Source: Mobula hypostoma (taxonomy: Eukaryota). From it: 64,000 bases of DNA. Of the stretch, positions 1 to 12,474 are shown one piece after another. A program made the translations under genes and the position numbers. Position 1 is the first letter of the stretch; every line of letters starts with the position of its first letter. Location: positions 5,210,001 to 5,274,000 of the forward strand of contig NC_086101.1 of the NCBI RefSeq assembly GCF_963921235.1. The letters are read 5' to 3'. The notes under the pieces were generated by a model. It was not told where the DNA came from, did not search any database, and was given only the letters and a program-made list of their open reading frames with translations.

Positions 1-239
1 CCAACGCAGACTTGGACCTGGGACACAAGAGATTCTGCAGTTGCTCAAAATCCAGAGCAACACACACAATGCTGGAGGAACTCGGCGGGTCAGACAGCAT
101 CTATGGAAATGACAAGCAGCCAACGTTTTGACCTGAGACCTTCATCAGGAATTAAGGTCCATCAGTGTAAAGGCAAGTGAGGGTGGAAAATCTAGTAAGC
201 AAGGGGTAGGGTAAGGAAACTAAATAAACCAGACTTCAT

Positions 240-450
240 CATTTATGGTGCGGCAACAGGCCCTTTTGACCCAATGAGCCCACACCGCCATATACACCCA
301 TGTGACCAATTACCTACTATCCCTAGTGTTTGAAATGTGGGAGGAAACTGGAGGACACGGAGGAAGCCCACGCAGTCACAGGGAGAAGTTATAACCTCCT
401 TACAGACAGCGGCTGATTCATGGTTCTCACCATTGCGTTACTCAGCCACC
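240..450 (-). mobile_element. V-SINE/HE1-like tRNA-derived SINE remnant (family recurs at about 44510-44720, 52640-52885, 59720-59960)
   Basis: Recurrent motif tgtgggaggaaac(t/c)ggag...cccacgcagtcacagggaga, the reverse complement of a V-domain-like core. Confidence 0.6.
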
Positions 451-1302
451 CAGCTACTTGTTTCCCCAAGGGCTGGTAAGTTCCTCAAAAGCAGGTCTGC
501 TGCAAGAGGTCTAGGCAATTACACCTTTCTCACAGCCGGTAGCAGGAACGGGGCCAGAAGTTTGTATTTGTTTTCGGCAGTAAGCTTTCTATTCAAGGGA
601 TTAGCTGGGCTAGTTCTTTCCACAACACAACACAGACTTGACTTGCTGAAAAGCTTTTGTGCTGTAAACAGCAGAAATCTATCTTGAGAAACAAATACAT
701 TAATTTGGTCTCAGTGTGACCAAATTTCCCTAATCCTGCCCTGTCCACACCACCCCCTAAACAAACACGAACATTTCAGTGTAATTCACCCACCTCCTTC
801 AGGGTGGATGGTAAGAAACTATTCTCAAGTTCAAGTTTAATTATCATTCAACCATCAGATGAATTCAGCCAAGTGAAACAGGGTTCCTCTGGGTCCAAGT
901 TACAAAACACAGAGCCAAGTCACATATAATGCACAGCACGTATAATTAGAATAGCAGAAAAACATGCAGTGATGAAAAAATAATATAGCCCAGTTCCTGA
1001 GTGTCGTGGCCTGTAGGTTGATGGTGCGTGAGGTGTTGTCCTGGAGCCATGTTTCTGCAAGAACAGCCCTCAGCAGTTCTCATGTTACACAGCGCGGATG
1101 CGGACGAAAGCTACTTTGCAACTCTGTAGCAGAGTTGTCAATAATCAGAAGGCAGAGGTTTAGGGTAAGGTGTAATAAGTGTAGAGGGGTTGGTTCTGTG
1201 GAAGATGTGTTTTTAACTCGGTGTGTAGCTGGAATCGAAATAGAGCTTGAGGTGATGGTGGAGCATCATGTACAGGAGCTGGGATGTTATGTTGAAGTTG
1301 TA

Positions 1303-3100
1303 TAAGACCATAATATATAGGAGCAGAATTAGACCATTTGGCCCATCCAGTCTTCTCCACCATTTCATCATTGCTGATCCAATTTTTCTCTAAACCCCAA
1401 TCTCCTGCCTTCTCCTTTTATCCCTTCATGCCCTGACTAATCAAGAATCTATGAACCTCTGCCTTAAATGTACGTAAAGACTTGGCCTCCACTGCGGCCT
1501 GTGGCAAAGAATTCCACAGATTTACCACTCCCTGGCTAAAGAAATTCTTCCTCATTTCCATTCTAAAAGGATGCTTCTCTATTCTGTAGCTGTGTCTTCG
1601 GGTCTTACTCTGCCACCATAGGAAACATTCTCTCCACATCCACTCTGTCAAGGCCTTTCACCATTAAATAGGTTTGAATAAGGTCTCCCCTCAGTCTTCT
1701 GAATTTTAGTGAATCCAGGCCCGGAGCCATCAAACACTCTTCATATGACAAGCCATTCAATTCTGGAATCATTTTTGTGAACCTCCTTCAAACTCTCTCC
1801 AGTTTTAGCACATGCTTTCGAAGATAAGGGGCCCAAAACTGTTCACAGTACTCCAAGTCAGGCCTCACCAGTGCTTTATGAAGTTTCAACATTACATCCT
1901 TGCTTTCATATTCTAGTCCTCTTGAAATGAATGCAAACATTGCATTTGCCTCCCTCACCACAGACTCAACCTGAAAATTAACCTTTAAGGAATCCTACAC
2001 AAGGACTCCCAAGTCCATTTGCTCCTCAGTTGTTTGTATTTGTTCTCCATTTAGAAAATAGTCAACCCTTTCACTTCTTCTACCAAAGTTCATTTCCCGA
2101 CACTGTATTGTAACTGCTATTTCTTTGCCCATTCTCCTAATCTGTCTGTCTTTCTGTAGACTCTCTACTTCCTCAAAACTACCTGCCCCTCCACCTATCT
2201 TCTTATCATCTTCAAACTTTGCAACAAAGTTATCAATCCCATCATCCAAATCACTAACATATAATGTAAAAAGATTCAGTCCCCTTTGGAACACTGCTAG
2301 TCATCGGCAACCAGCCAGAAAAGGTTCCCTTTATTCCCACTCTTTGCCTCTTGCCAAACAGCCAGTGCTCTATCCATGCTAGTATCTTTCCTGAAATACC
2401 ATGGGCTCGTAGCTTGTTAAGCAGCCTCATGTGTGGTATCTTGTCAAAGGCCTTCTGAAAATCCAAGTACACAAAGTAAACCAATTCTCCTGTGTCTATC
2501 CTGCTTGTTATCTCTTCAAAGATTTCCAACAGATTTGTCAGGCAAGATTTTCTCTTGAGGAAACTATGCTGACTACGGCCTACTTTATCATGTGACTCCA
2601 AGTACCTTGAGACCTTATCCTCGAGACATTTTCCCAACCACTGAGGTCGGACAAACAGGCCTATATTTTCCTTTCTTCTGCCTCTCCCTTCTTGATGAAT
2701 GGAGTGACATTTACAATTATTCAGTCTTCCGGAAACATTCCAGAATCTAGTGATTCTTGAAAGATCATTACTAATACCTCCACAATATCTTCAGCCAACC
2801 CTTTCTGAACTCTGGGCTGTATAACATCTGGTCCAGGTGACTTAACCACCTTCAGACCTTTCAGTTTCCCAAGAACCTTCTCTCTAGTTATGGTAACTTC
2901 ACACACTTCATGCCCCCTGACACCTGGAACTTCCACTATACTGTTAGTGTCTTCCACAGAGAAGACTGTTGCAAAATACTTATTCGTTTTGTCCACCATT
3001 TCGTTGTTCCCAACTACTGCCTCTCCAGCATCATTTTACAGTGGTCTGATGTCTACTCTCGCCTCTCTTTTACATTTTATGTATCTGAATACACTTTTGG
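1303..3100 (-). mobile_element. CR1 LINE, 5'-truncated and degraded ORF2 (RT)
   Basis: ORF fragments KSCLTNLLEIFEE, YLDFQKAFDKIPH, FVAKFEDD, FFSQGVVNLWNSLP; CR1-type 3' tail (tatggtctta) at about 1303. Confidence 0.9.
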
Positions 3101-3119
3101 TGTAAGTCGTTGGTGAGAT

Positions 3120-3850
3120 CAAATTTGGAGTATTGTGTGCGGTTCTGGTCACCTACCTACAGGAAAAGTTTCAATAAAACTAAAAGAATAGAGAGAAAAT
3201 TGACAATGGTGTTGCTGGGACGATGTGAGTGACAGGGAAAGGGTGAATGATTATGATTTTATTCCCTGGAGCATAGGAGAATGAGGGGCATTTTGATAGA
3301 GGTTTGCAAAGTTATGAGGGGTATAGATTGAGTAAGTGAAGATGTACTTTTTTCACTGAAGTTGGGTAAATCTGGAACTAGGGGTCCAGATAGGAGCTCT
3401 ATATGAGGTCATTCTTGCTTTTGGCCATTAGTCTCTATAATGAGTCGACCTATAGCCGGGGAAGTGATGACCCCCTCCTGTCAGATTGTTTCAGGTAATG
3501 CATTTTTTATTCTTTCTAATATTTGTATATCTGTGCTACTGAAACACTGTAATTTACTTTGGGATCAATGAAGTATGTCTATCTATCTGTAGGTTAAGGG
3601 TGAAATTTAATGAGAACCAGAGGGGGGATCTTCTTCACTCAGAGTGTGTGGAGGGTGTGAAACAAGCTGCCAGCAGAAGTGGTGGATGCAGATTTAATTT
3701 AAGAGAACTTCATGGATGGGAGGGGAATGGAGGACTATGGTCCAGGTGCAGGTGCAGGTCAATGGGACTAGGTAGAATAACAGTATGGCAGGGACAAGAT
3801 GGACCGATGGCCTGTACCTGTGCTGTAGAACTCTATCACTCTACTCTTTT
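3120..3850 (+). mobile_element. Old CR1 3' fragment interrupted by a Rex1-type 3' end (about 3385-3590)
   Basis: ttggagtattgtgtgcggttctggtcacc and other CR1 3' motifs; the insert ends in gggatcaatgaagtatgtctatctatct. Confidence 0.7.
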
Positions 3851-5180
3851 CGTGGTAGCTTAATTGACAATCAATGTAAGAAGTTATCAAGGTGCCTTGC
3901 AAGGGAAGTAAAGATGTTGAGGATGGTGTAGATGCATGGAGTAGCAGAACAAGCTGTCTTTCAGAGTGGAGATGACATAACACCGATAGTGGGCAGTGTA
4001 GGGCACTATTGGGTCTTTGTTCAGAGGCTGGCTCCTTTATTATCAAGTTAAAGACTTTGTAAAAATAGGCCAACTCAGGCAGATAGTCAACCCTGAACAC
4101 CATGAATTCTCAAGTTTAGCCATTGTCTGTCATTTATAATTTTTAAAGTAGAGGATGTTGGAAATAATGAAACAAGAACTGCAACCACTGGGGGAAGTGA
4201 CATTGTACAATTGCCTAAGAATACTATGACCACTAGAAAACTATTTGCATGTAGTTATGTGAAATACAAATTAAACAGCACAGAATATACCAATCATACA
4301 GTCCAATCCAACACCTCCCGTTTCTATTAACTATGCAGTCTTTTGGGATTAAATTGCTCCCAGAAAAATCCCATGTTAAATGACACTTAAGCAAAAATAC
4401 ATTTGTTTTTTAATTGAATGCTTTTAGCAATTTGCTATTTTTATTAAAACAATTTTCTGAAGCAACTTCCATACTCACATCTGTGAGTAGACAGCCCCTT
4501 GTCCCTGTTGGTGTGATCCTCGGGTTTTTTAATCTCTGCCATTAAATTGATATAAAAAGAAGCCACTTTCCAAAAAAATAACCTCATCTGCAAGTCTGGT
4601 TTAAAAAAAACTGGAAAAGATTGTTTAAATCCCAAACAATAGAAAATCTGCAGATGCTGGAAATCCAATCAACACACACAAAACAGCCCGAAACATCAAC
4701 TGTACTTTTTTCTATAGATGCTGACTGACCTGCTGAGTTCCTCCAGCATTCTGTGTGTGTTCCAGAGATTGTTGAAGATTGTTTAATGACACTTCCTGTA
4801 AGGAGAATGAAGTAATTCTTACTCCAGATCCAGTGCAGCACAATCGGGGCACAATGTCAAATCCAGCTTGATCTGCAGTGACCGGAAATGTTGACTGATT
4901 TCGCTCTCTGTAGGTAAAAGGGAGGTAAAAAGGATTACCTCTTTACAATTACATGTACGTGGAAACATACAGTAAACACATTGTTTGTGTCAATGACCAA
5001 CAAAGCCCGAGGGCCCTGTGGCTGGAGGCTGCCACCTTCTGGCACCAACATAGCATGCTAACAACTCACTAATCCTAGCCCCTAACGCGAGAGAAAACTG
5101 GAGAACTTGGAGGGCGTAAGGTCTTTTCTGCTGCCTTTAATTTTGTAACTGAGCGATTTGTCCTTGGTTGTGTTCTACAG

Positions 5181-5315
5181 GCAGCCGAGGCGTTTCTGGT
5201 GCTGCTCCTGGAGGATGCCTACCTCTGCACCTTGCATGCCAGGCGAGTCACCCTGTTCCCCAAGGACATACAGCTGGCCCGGAAGATAAGGGGAATCCAG
5301 GCAGGTTTGGGTTAA
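5181..5315 (+). CDS. CENPA: Histone H3-like centromeric protein A, last coding exon (upstream exons not found in window)
   Basis: Acceptor tgttctacag| at 5180, then phase-0 translation [44 protein letters not shown] (TAA 5313-5315). It closely matches the recalled human CENP-A C-terminus ([44 protein letters not shown]). RVTLFPKD, the GLG tail and the intron distinguish it from canonical H3. Confidence 0.93.
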   Translation, partial: AAEAFLVLLLEDAYLCTLHARRVTLFPKDIQLARKIRGIQAGLG

Positions 5316-8068
5316 CACAGCAGAACCCAGTATTTTGCCCAGCTCTTTCCCTCCCTCCTTTGTGCACCTGTGCCAAGAAAACTTCTCTCACTTCTAACAA
5401 GGAGACAGGACTACTTACCGGAAGCGGTGGGATATATGAACTGTGTTCTGCCACCTCGTTCCTGGGTGACTCTCTGACTGTACAGCGTTGTGGCATGCTC
5501 ATTTTGAGTAGACGCTCAGATATTTTAAGCCTTTTTTAAAACTTTAATTGTGCTGCAAAGTTCTTCTAATTGGTTGATGTCAGCAGCTGATGACACAGTG
5601 CATATTAGCTGCCTTCAATGTGTCTACTAGTATGCAAACTGGCTAACATTTCTTCGCCTCCCACTCTCTGAAAGCGAGCCAAGCTTACTGGACTGAGATG
5701 TGTTTGTGGAGTATATAAGTTTATGGATCAGGCTGTGCTTGTGATTGGGCATGTGTATCTCTATCTCATCCTCTCCTGAGCACAAACTTCACTGAGGTAA
5801 ATTATCACACACTTGACTAATATGAAACTGCGGACTGTCGTCCGAAATGAATGTGAAAACATGGAGTATTTGGTAAATCTAAAAGTGATCATTGGGGTGG
5901 GGGGGAGCCTTTAATGAGCTGGCAAGGAGATTAATACTACCTTTTCCTCATCATACCCCAAAGAATGAATGCACCTAGCAGAGGAGGGGGAGCAAAGTAA
6001 CTCGGGCCCTATCTTGTCACTCCTCCAGTGAAGTTTCTGCACTTGTGCTGAGGATGAGATTATCTAAGCTTTATCATGAACCAGAGGGGCAAATCGGTAT
6101 TTGATAAAGTTAATGCTGACTGCTCCTGTCATTAGTAGTTCCAGCCAACAAGAAACTGGCCATAGGGAGCTCCTAGCCAATGAAAGCATTGGGTTTGCAC
6201 TCCCTAGATTTTTTTTCCTCAAGCTTTAAGAGCTGGTTTTAATTATTTTCCCTTTACTTTTGGTATGTAATGGATTTTACTCAATTTCTTAAACAAATAT
6301 ACATTTATGATGGTTAAGTTTCCATACCTTTGCAGGCAGAAGGATAGCCCCATTGGTAGTGTAGGGACTTGTACTGATCTGCCCTACCATGACACCTTCA
6401 TGGTGGGACCAGAGTAGTTGAAGGTTGAGACTTTGTTCCAACCCCAACATGTGCTCCCCTGACGTTGTACAGCCCTATACGTTTCTCGGGAGCCTTCTCT
6501 AGTTATTATTGCCTGGTGACTTAAATCTTTTGGAAATACAGGGGAGATTTGGATAGAAAGTGAAATATTAATCATCTTGTAGGCTTTATTTTAAAGATTT
6601 ATTCAGGGAGACTCTTTGTAACTCAGTTATTCTCCTCTGAAGTAGCTTTTTGATTAACATATTGGCTAAAATGTCCCAAGCCAAGTGATTTTAAATATTA
6701 GCTTCATCTATGTTTCCTTGTAGTAATTGTTTTAAATCACTCAGTTAATCCTTTTAAAATTTAAACTATTTTTACAAGCATTTTCTATTGGCTTTTCGAA
6801 ACCATCTCATAAGAAACCTTCCTCTGGTCAAAGAACGGCCATATTTTCACCCAAACTCTGCTGCCTTACAACTCTGTGAATGGTATGGTAGATTGCAGGA
6901 AAAACTGAAGACATAATGTGATTACTTGTTACATAACAAATAGAGCAATTATGCCAGATGCTGAGGTGGAGAAGATTGCTTTAATTTCTAATTATCCTTC
7001 CCACTTCAGGGCTGGCTTCTCTCTGTGTACCACCTCATTCAATGTGTGCTTGAGGGAAAGGATGAGGGGGAGGGCTATGGACTTTTACCTGTTTAGATTT
7101 TTAAAAATTGTAGTCCATTTAAAACAGTCATTACTACATATATATTTTCCTCTCTTGTGTTGTCCATGGCCTATTGCCAGATCTGAAGCACTATTGCTTA
7201 ATAGTCATACATAAATTATGCAAAGCTCCAAACTTTCCAAGGTGTAGATCTTCTGGCCCTTCATGCATGTGCTGGCTCTTTGAAAGAGATTAGCACCAGT
7301 ACCCTGCATTTAGCCTGCAAACTTATCTGTTGAGCATGAATCTTGTATATATCACCACGGGTACACAGATCTCATTTAATGGTGCTCCAGTTATACCACA
7401 GAATTCTCTTTTTTCTCTCCCTGGAAAATATGAAGCAAGGTCAAACTTACTGGCTGGGTCAGGAAGGTAGGAAGACCAGCTAGAAGTTCAGAAGGGTATC
7501 GGTCCATGTGTTACTTCTTACTTACTGACCATTATGCCACTGCTGTTTAGGGCAGCAATGAAGGTCCTCCATCTCTCTCTGTCCTTGGTCACTCAGATGT
7601 AGAAGGCTTTTTTGTTGCTGTTTCCACAAAAATTTGTTTGACCAGTCAGGGTTGTTAGCCCTGAGCTGAACCCCTGAACCTGGAGGACCGGTGGATCACT
7701 CTTAGTCTAGTCTCTACCCTTTGACCTGTTTGGCTTGGGTGACCCTACCAAGAGCCAAAGCATAAAGTCCTGACTCCAGCCAGCATTGCTCTCTGGGTCA
7801 TTGAGACATGCAAGCCTCCAAACTCTACGACAAGTTTGTCCTCATAGCCGACGTGTTACTTGTATAAAGCACAGGTATTGTAGATCATGACTTTTTCCAG
7901 TCACTAGCCCTAGAAGGTGGGATCCTGCCATGTACAAGAGAAATGGAATAATGTGGAGCATGTTTCCGAGATTTGGGGTGGAAAATAGTGTTTAAATAAA
8001 ACTGTTGATAATTATGATACAGGAAAAATGTGGTTGAATTTTCCTGCTACAAAATGCAGTGAAATAAA
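5316..8068 (+). other. CENPA: Probable long 3'UTR of CENPA with candidate polyadenylation signals
   Basis: The longest nearly TE-free, AT-rich stretch in the window, directly after the stop codon. AATAAA at 7995-8000 and 8063-8068 is followed by GT/T-rich sequence, and then repeats resume. Confidence 0.5.
7517..7852 (-). mobile_element. Short non-autonomous RTE-derived (bipartite 5'+3') retroelement
   Basis: 9-bp TSD gtgttactt (7508-7516 and 7853-7861); (TAAG)-type tail on the minus strand; 5' part resembles RTE/Expander 5'UTR (ggtagggtcaccca). Confidence 0.7.
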
Positions 8069-8161
8069 GGTTTGAGTATTGGATCAATTTTGTAAAACCT
8101 GTCTCTTCAGATTCCTTTCAAGCAGGGATGTGGGCTATTTGACCGGGTTATAATTGAGAAT

Positions 8162-8363
8162 CCCGCCTGGCGGTGCAATAATATCTGTGCCGGACTCCAG
8201 AGCGAAGGTTCCCGAGTTCGAATCCAAGTCGGGTTGAGGGCTGAGCGTCGAGCTAGCAACTCGGCCTCGTGAAAACAAGAATAGCTGGCTACGGAAACAC
8301 CGTCAAAAAAAGACGGTGCCCCAATAACTCCAGTGCCGAGTTAAGGGCTATTCTTCTTCTTCA
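8162..8363 (+). mobile_element. tRNA-derived SINE with (TTC)n tail
   Basis: A-box-like tggcggtgcaata and B-box gagttcgaatcc; 12-bp TSD ataattgagaat at 8150-8161 and 8364-8375. Confidence 0.85.
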
Positions 8364-8519
8364 ATAATTGAGAATGTGGTGTGTCGGGAGTGCGTGAAGT
8401 GCGGCCTATGTGTGGCTGCACCTTGAATCCCTATTTTATGATCTAGTAGAAGCAGATATGTTGATACCTGCTAAATAACAATTGAAAGTAGTGTTGCAGA
8501 CAGAGTTACAAATGGAGCA

Positions 8520-9100
8520 CTGAGTATGAGTTGGGATGTTACTTTGAGATAGGTCTAACTTGGAGTATTGTGTAGTTTTGGTCACCCACCTATAAGAAAG
8601 ATGACAATAAAATTGAAAGAATGCAGAGGAGAGAATTTACAAGGATGTTGCTGGGACTTGAGGACCTGAGTTACGGGAACAAGTTGAATAGGTTAGGACT
8701 TTATTCTGGAGTTTTGGAGAATGAGGGGAGATTTGATAGAGGTGTACAAAATTATGAGGGGTATGGATAGGGTAAATGTAACAAGCCTTTTTTCCCTCAA
8801 GTTGGGTGAGACTAGAATTAGAAGTCATACTGTAATTTGAGGATGAAAGGTGAAATATTTAAGGGCAACATGTTGGGGAACTTCATGAGGGTGGTGAGAG
8901 TGTGGACCGAGGCAGCACAAGCAGTGGATGTGGGTTTAATTGCAAAGTTTAAGAGAAGTTTGGATAGGTACATGGACATGAGGGATATGAAGGGCTATGG
9001 TCCAGGTGTGGGTTGATGGGACTAGCAGAGTAACAGTTCAGTATGGGCTAGATGGGCTGAAGAGCCTTTTTCTGTGCTGTTGTGTTTATGACTCTATGTC
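8520..9100 (+). mobile_element. CR1 3' fragment
   Basis: Typical CR1 C-terminal motifs and tail atgactctatg. Confidence 0.8.
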
Positions 9101-9299
9101 CTTATTTATATTTGACACGTGTATAACAACTTCCTCTACAAAGCATGTCCAAAGCAGAATTTACTGAGGAATGGGAGTTTGAGCAGTCATTTGGCATCTC
9201 AACAAAATTCTCCTTCAGTGAAGTCATTCTAGAGCATTCGTCTCATTTTCTCACAGCGTGATTAGTCACAAAAACCATAGCCTCGATAAACACAAGATA

Positions 9300-9880
9300 C
9301 TGAAAAGCCTTCCCAGTGACCACCCATTTCAATCTGACTTCCCATTCCCATTCTGACATGTCGGCCCCCCCCCTCCTCTATTGCCACAATGAGGCCAAAT
9401 TCAAGTTAGAGGAGAAGCACCTCCTATTCTATCTGGGAAGCCAACAACCTGATGGCCTGAACATCATTTTTTTCTAATTTCTGGTAAATTTTTCCCCCTT
9501 CCCCTCCCCTCTTCTAACATTCCCCATTCTGGTTACTCTCTCACCCCTTTCTTTGAACAACACCCTGCTCCTCCTCCTCCTCCCCTTTATTTTTGGTCCA
9601 CTGTCCTCTCCTTTGATTGCCTCCTCTTCAACCCTTCACCTCTTCCACCTATCACCTCCTAGGTTCTTTCTTCTTCCCCCACTCCGCCCTTACCCACTCA
9701 CCTTACCCCTCACCTGGTCTCACCCATCACCTGCCAGCTTCTCCTCCTTCTCCTCCTCCTCCTCTTCCTCTTCATTCTGGCTTTCTGTCTCATTTCCTTT
9801 CTAGTCCTGAAACACTGACTGTTTATTTCCCTCTGTAGATGCTGCCTAACTTACTCACTTCCTCCAGTATTTGTGTTAGT
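9300..9880 (+). mobile_element. Penelope-like element remnant (GIY-YIG C-terminal region and pLTR)
   Basis: cccagtgaccacccatttcaat...cccattcccattctgacatg...gaggagaagcacctc, homologous to 63100-63250; degenerate pLTR end gtagatgctgcc. Confidence 0.7.
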
Positions 9881-10240
9881 AATCCCAGCCTCGAATGGGC
9901 TATGTCTGACACTCATACCCCTCTGGGGTAGAGAATTGCAAAGATTTGTACCACCTAAGCTCTGAAATTTCTCATCTCTGCTGTAGATATCTGACCCATT
10001 TAGAAGCTGAAGTTGTTTAAGACGTTGCTGAAGCCTAACATCGGTTTTGGTCACCTACCTATAGGAGAGATGTCAATAAGATTGAAAGATGACAGAGTAA
10101 AGTTACAAGGATGTTGCCAGAACTTGAGGATCTGAGGTATAGGGAAAGGATGAGTAGGTTAGTACTTTATTCTCTAGAGCACAGAAGAAAGAGGAGAGAT
10201 TTGATAGCATATACAAAATTGTGAGGGATATAGAAAGCAT

Positions 10241-10543
10241 GTGTGGGCACGTGGCCAAATGGTTAAGGCGCTCGATTAACGATCTGAAGGTCGTGAGTTT
10301 GAGCCCCAGTCGAGGCAGCGGGTTGTGTCCTTGAGCAAGGCACTTAATCACACATTGCTCTGCGACGACACTGGTGCCAAGCTGTATGGGTCCTAATGCC
10401 CTTCCCTTGGACAACATCGGTGTTGTGGAGAGGGGAGACTTGCAGCATGGGCAACTGCTGGTCTTCCATACAACCTTGCCCAGGCCTGCGCCCTGGAGAG
10501 TGAGATCCATGGTCTCGCAAGACTAACGGATACCTTTATTTAT
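10241..10543 (+). mobile_element. tRNA-derived SINE with CORE-like central domain, inserted in CR1
   Basis: A box gtggccaaatggttaagg, B-box-like gagtttgagccc, CORE-like tgtgtccttgagcaaggcacttaa, (TTTA) tail; 12-bp TSD tatagaaagcat at 10229-10240 and 10544-10555. Confidence 0.85.
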
Positions 10544-11697
10544 TATAGAAAGCATAAATGCAAGCAGGCTTTTTCCACTGAGTCTAGGTGAGACTAGAAC
10601 ACTTTGTCAAGGGTGAAAGGTAAAATGTTAAAGGGGAACCCAAGGGGGAATTTCTCTGCTCAGAGAGTGGTGAGAGTGTGGGACGAACTGTCAGTGGAAG
10701 TGGTGGATGTGAGATTGATGTCAGTACTTAAGTTTGGATAGGTACATGGATGGGAGTACATGTTCACTTCTGGTCGTTGCATTATAGTGACTGAGTTCAA
10801 GAGCTGTGAAGTAATGTGTAGCTCATATGAAGAAAGACTGGATGAACTAGGCTTGTACTTGTTGGAATTTAGAAGATTGAGGGGGGATCTGATTGAAACG
10901 TATAAAATCCTAAAGGGATTGGACAGGCTAGATGCAGGAAGATTGTTCCCGATGTTGGGGAAGTCCAGAACGAGGGGTCACAGTTTGAGGATAAAGGGGA
11001 AGCCTTTTAGGACCGAGATTAGGAAAAACTTCTTCACACAGAGAGTGGTGAATCTGCAGAATTCTCTGCCACAGGAAACAGTTGAGGCCAGTTCATTAGC
11101 TATATTTAAGAGGGAGTTAGATATAGCCCTTGTGGCTACGGGGATCAGGGGGTATGGAGGGAAGGCTGGTGCAGGGTTCTGTGTTGGATGATCAGCCATG
11201 ATCATAGTAAATGGCGGTGCAAGCTTGAAGGGCCGAATGGCCTACTCCTGCACCTATTTTCTATGTTTCTATGTTTCTATAAAACCCTGGTGGACCACAT
11301 TTGGAATATTGTGTTCAGTTCTGGTCACCTCATTATAGGAAAGATGTGGAAGATTTAGAGAGGGAACAGAGGAGACTTACCAGGGCATTGCCTGGATCTG
11401 AGAGCATAGATATAAGGATAGGTTGAGCAAGCTAGGGCTTTTCTCATTGGAGCAAAGGAGGATGAGAGTTGACCTGATAGAAATGTTTGAGATGATACGA
11501 GGCACAGACTGAGTAGACAGCCAAAGGTTTCAGTTCTGATCGCTTCATTACAGGAAGGATGCAGAAGCTTCAGAGAAGGTGCAGAGGAGATTTACCAGGA
11601 TTATAGAGCATGTCTTATAGTTTGAGTGCATTAGGACCTTTCTTTCTGGAGCAAAGGAGTCTAAGAGATGATCTCGTAGAGGTGCATTAGATGATGA

Positions 11698-11901
11698 GGG
11701 CCGGCCAGTGGTGTGGTGGCATCAGCACTGGACTTCACGGCAGAAGGTCCTGGGGTCCCATCCTGGGCAGCGACAGTATCTGCGTGGAAGAGAGGCCTGG
11801 CAATTTGCTTATGTATCTTGACAAGAAAAACCCTGTGGACGACTACGCTCTCTATAGGGTTGCCGTGAGCCATCGACGACTCCACGGCGCTCAACACCAA
11901 C
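11698..11901 (+). mobile_element. tRNA-head SINE with RTE-type 3' end, inserted in CR1
   Basis: tRNA-like head; 3' end gggttgccgtgagccatcgacgactccacggcgctcaacaccaac resembles RTE tails; short flanking duplication agatgat. Confidence 0.65.
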
Positions 11902-12474
11902 TTAAGATGATAAGGAGCATAGATCAAGTGGGCAAGCAGAAATTTTTTCCCCAAGGTGGAATGGCTAATATGGGGGGGGGGGGGAGGAGGAGGTCATAAT
12001 TCTGAGGTGATTGGAGGGAAGTATAGGCAGGATTTCAGAGGTGGGTGTTTTACACAGCCTGTGGCGGTGTGTGGATTGCCCTGTCAAGGGTGGTACCAGA
12101 GGCAAGTTCATTAGAAGCGTTTAAAAGTCTCTTAGACAGATGAAAGAAAAGTGGAAGAGCATGAAGAAGGGAAAGGTTGGATTGAACTGAGAGTAGGTCA
12201 AATGGCTGGCACAATATTGTGGGCCAAAAGGCCTGTATTGTTCTGCAATGTTTATAGCAAGTCCTGAATTTTGTGGATTGTTTCCATGAATTTTGTCAAG
12301 AACAGCTGCTCATCTTCACACTGCTGTGGTGGTGTACAGGCAGCTATATTACAGACATTTAAGAGACTTAGATAGGCATATGTATGTTAGAAAAATGGGG
12401 CGGTCATGGGGGAGGGAAGGGTTGGAACGATCTTATAGTAGGTTAAAAGGTTGGCACAACATCGTGGACTGAAA

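Larger units (their letters stand above)
10040..12250 (+). mobile_element. Nested cluster of CR1 3' fragments, including a younger copy at about 10817-11280
   Basis: ORF 10760-11191 YEERLDELGLYLLEFRRLRGDLIETYKIL; tail tttctatgtttctatg; interrupted by two SINEs. Confidence 0.85.

Noticed and set aside
1..5180. Upstream CENPA exons
   Set aside because: I could not find a loop1/alpha2 exon (expected ..WQ..ALLALQE-like) by eye; it is probably upstream of the window.
5168..5539. 123-aa ORF overlapping the CENPA exon
   Set aside because: Wrong frame; the real coding frame begins at the splice acceptor (5181) and gives a histone-fold sequence.
8162..10320. tRNA-like sequences as tRNA genes
   Set aside because: They are SINE heads followed by body, tail and TSDs; no complete cloverleaf.
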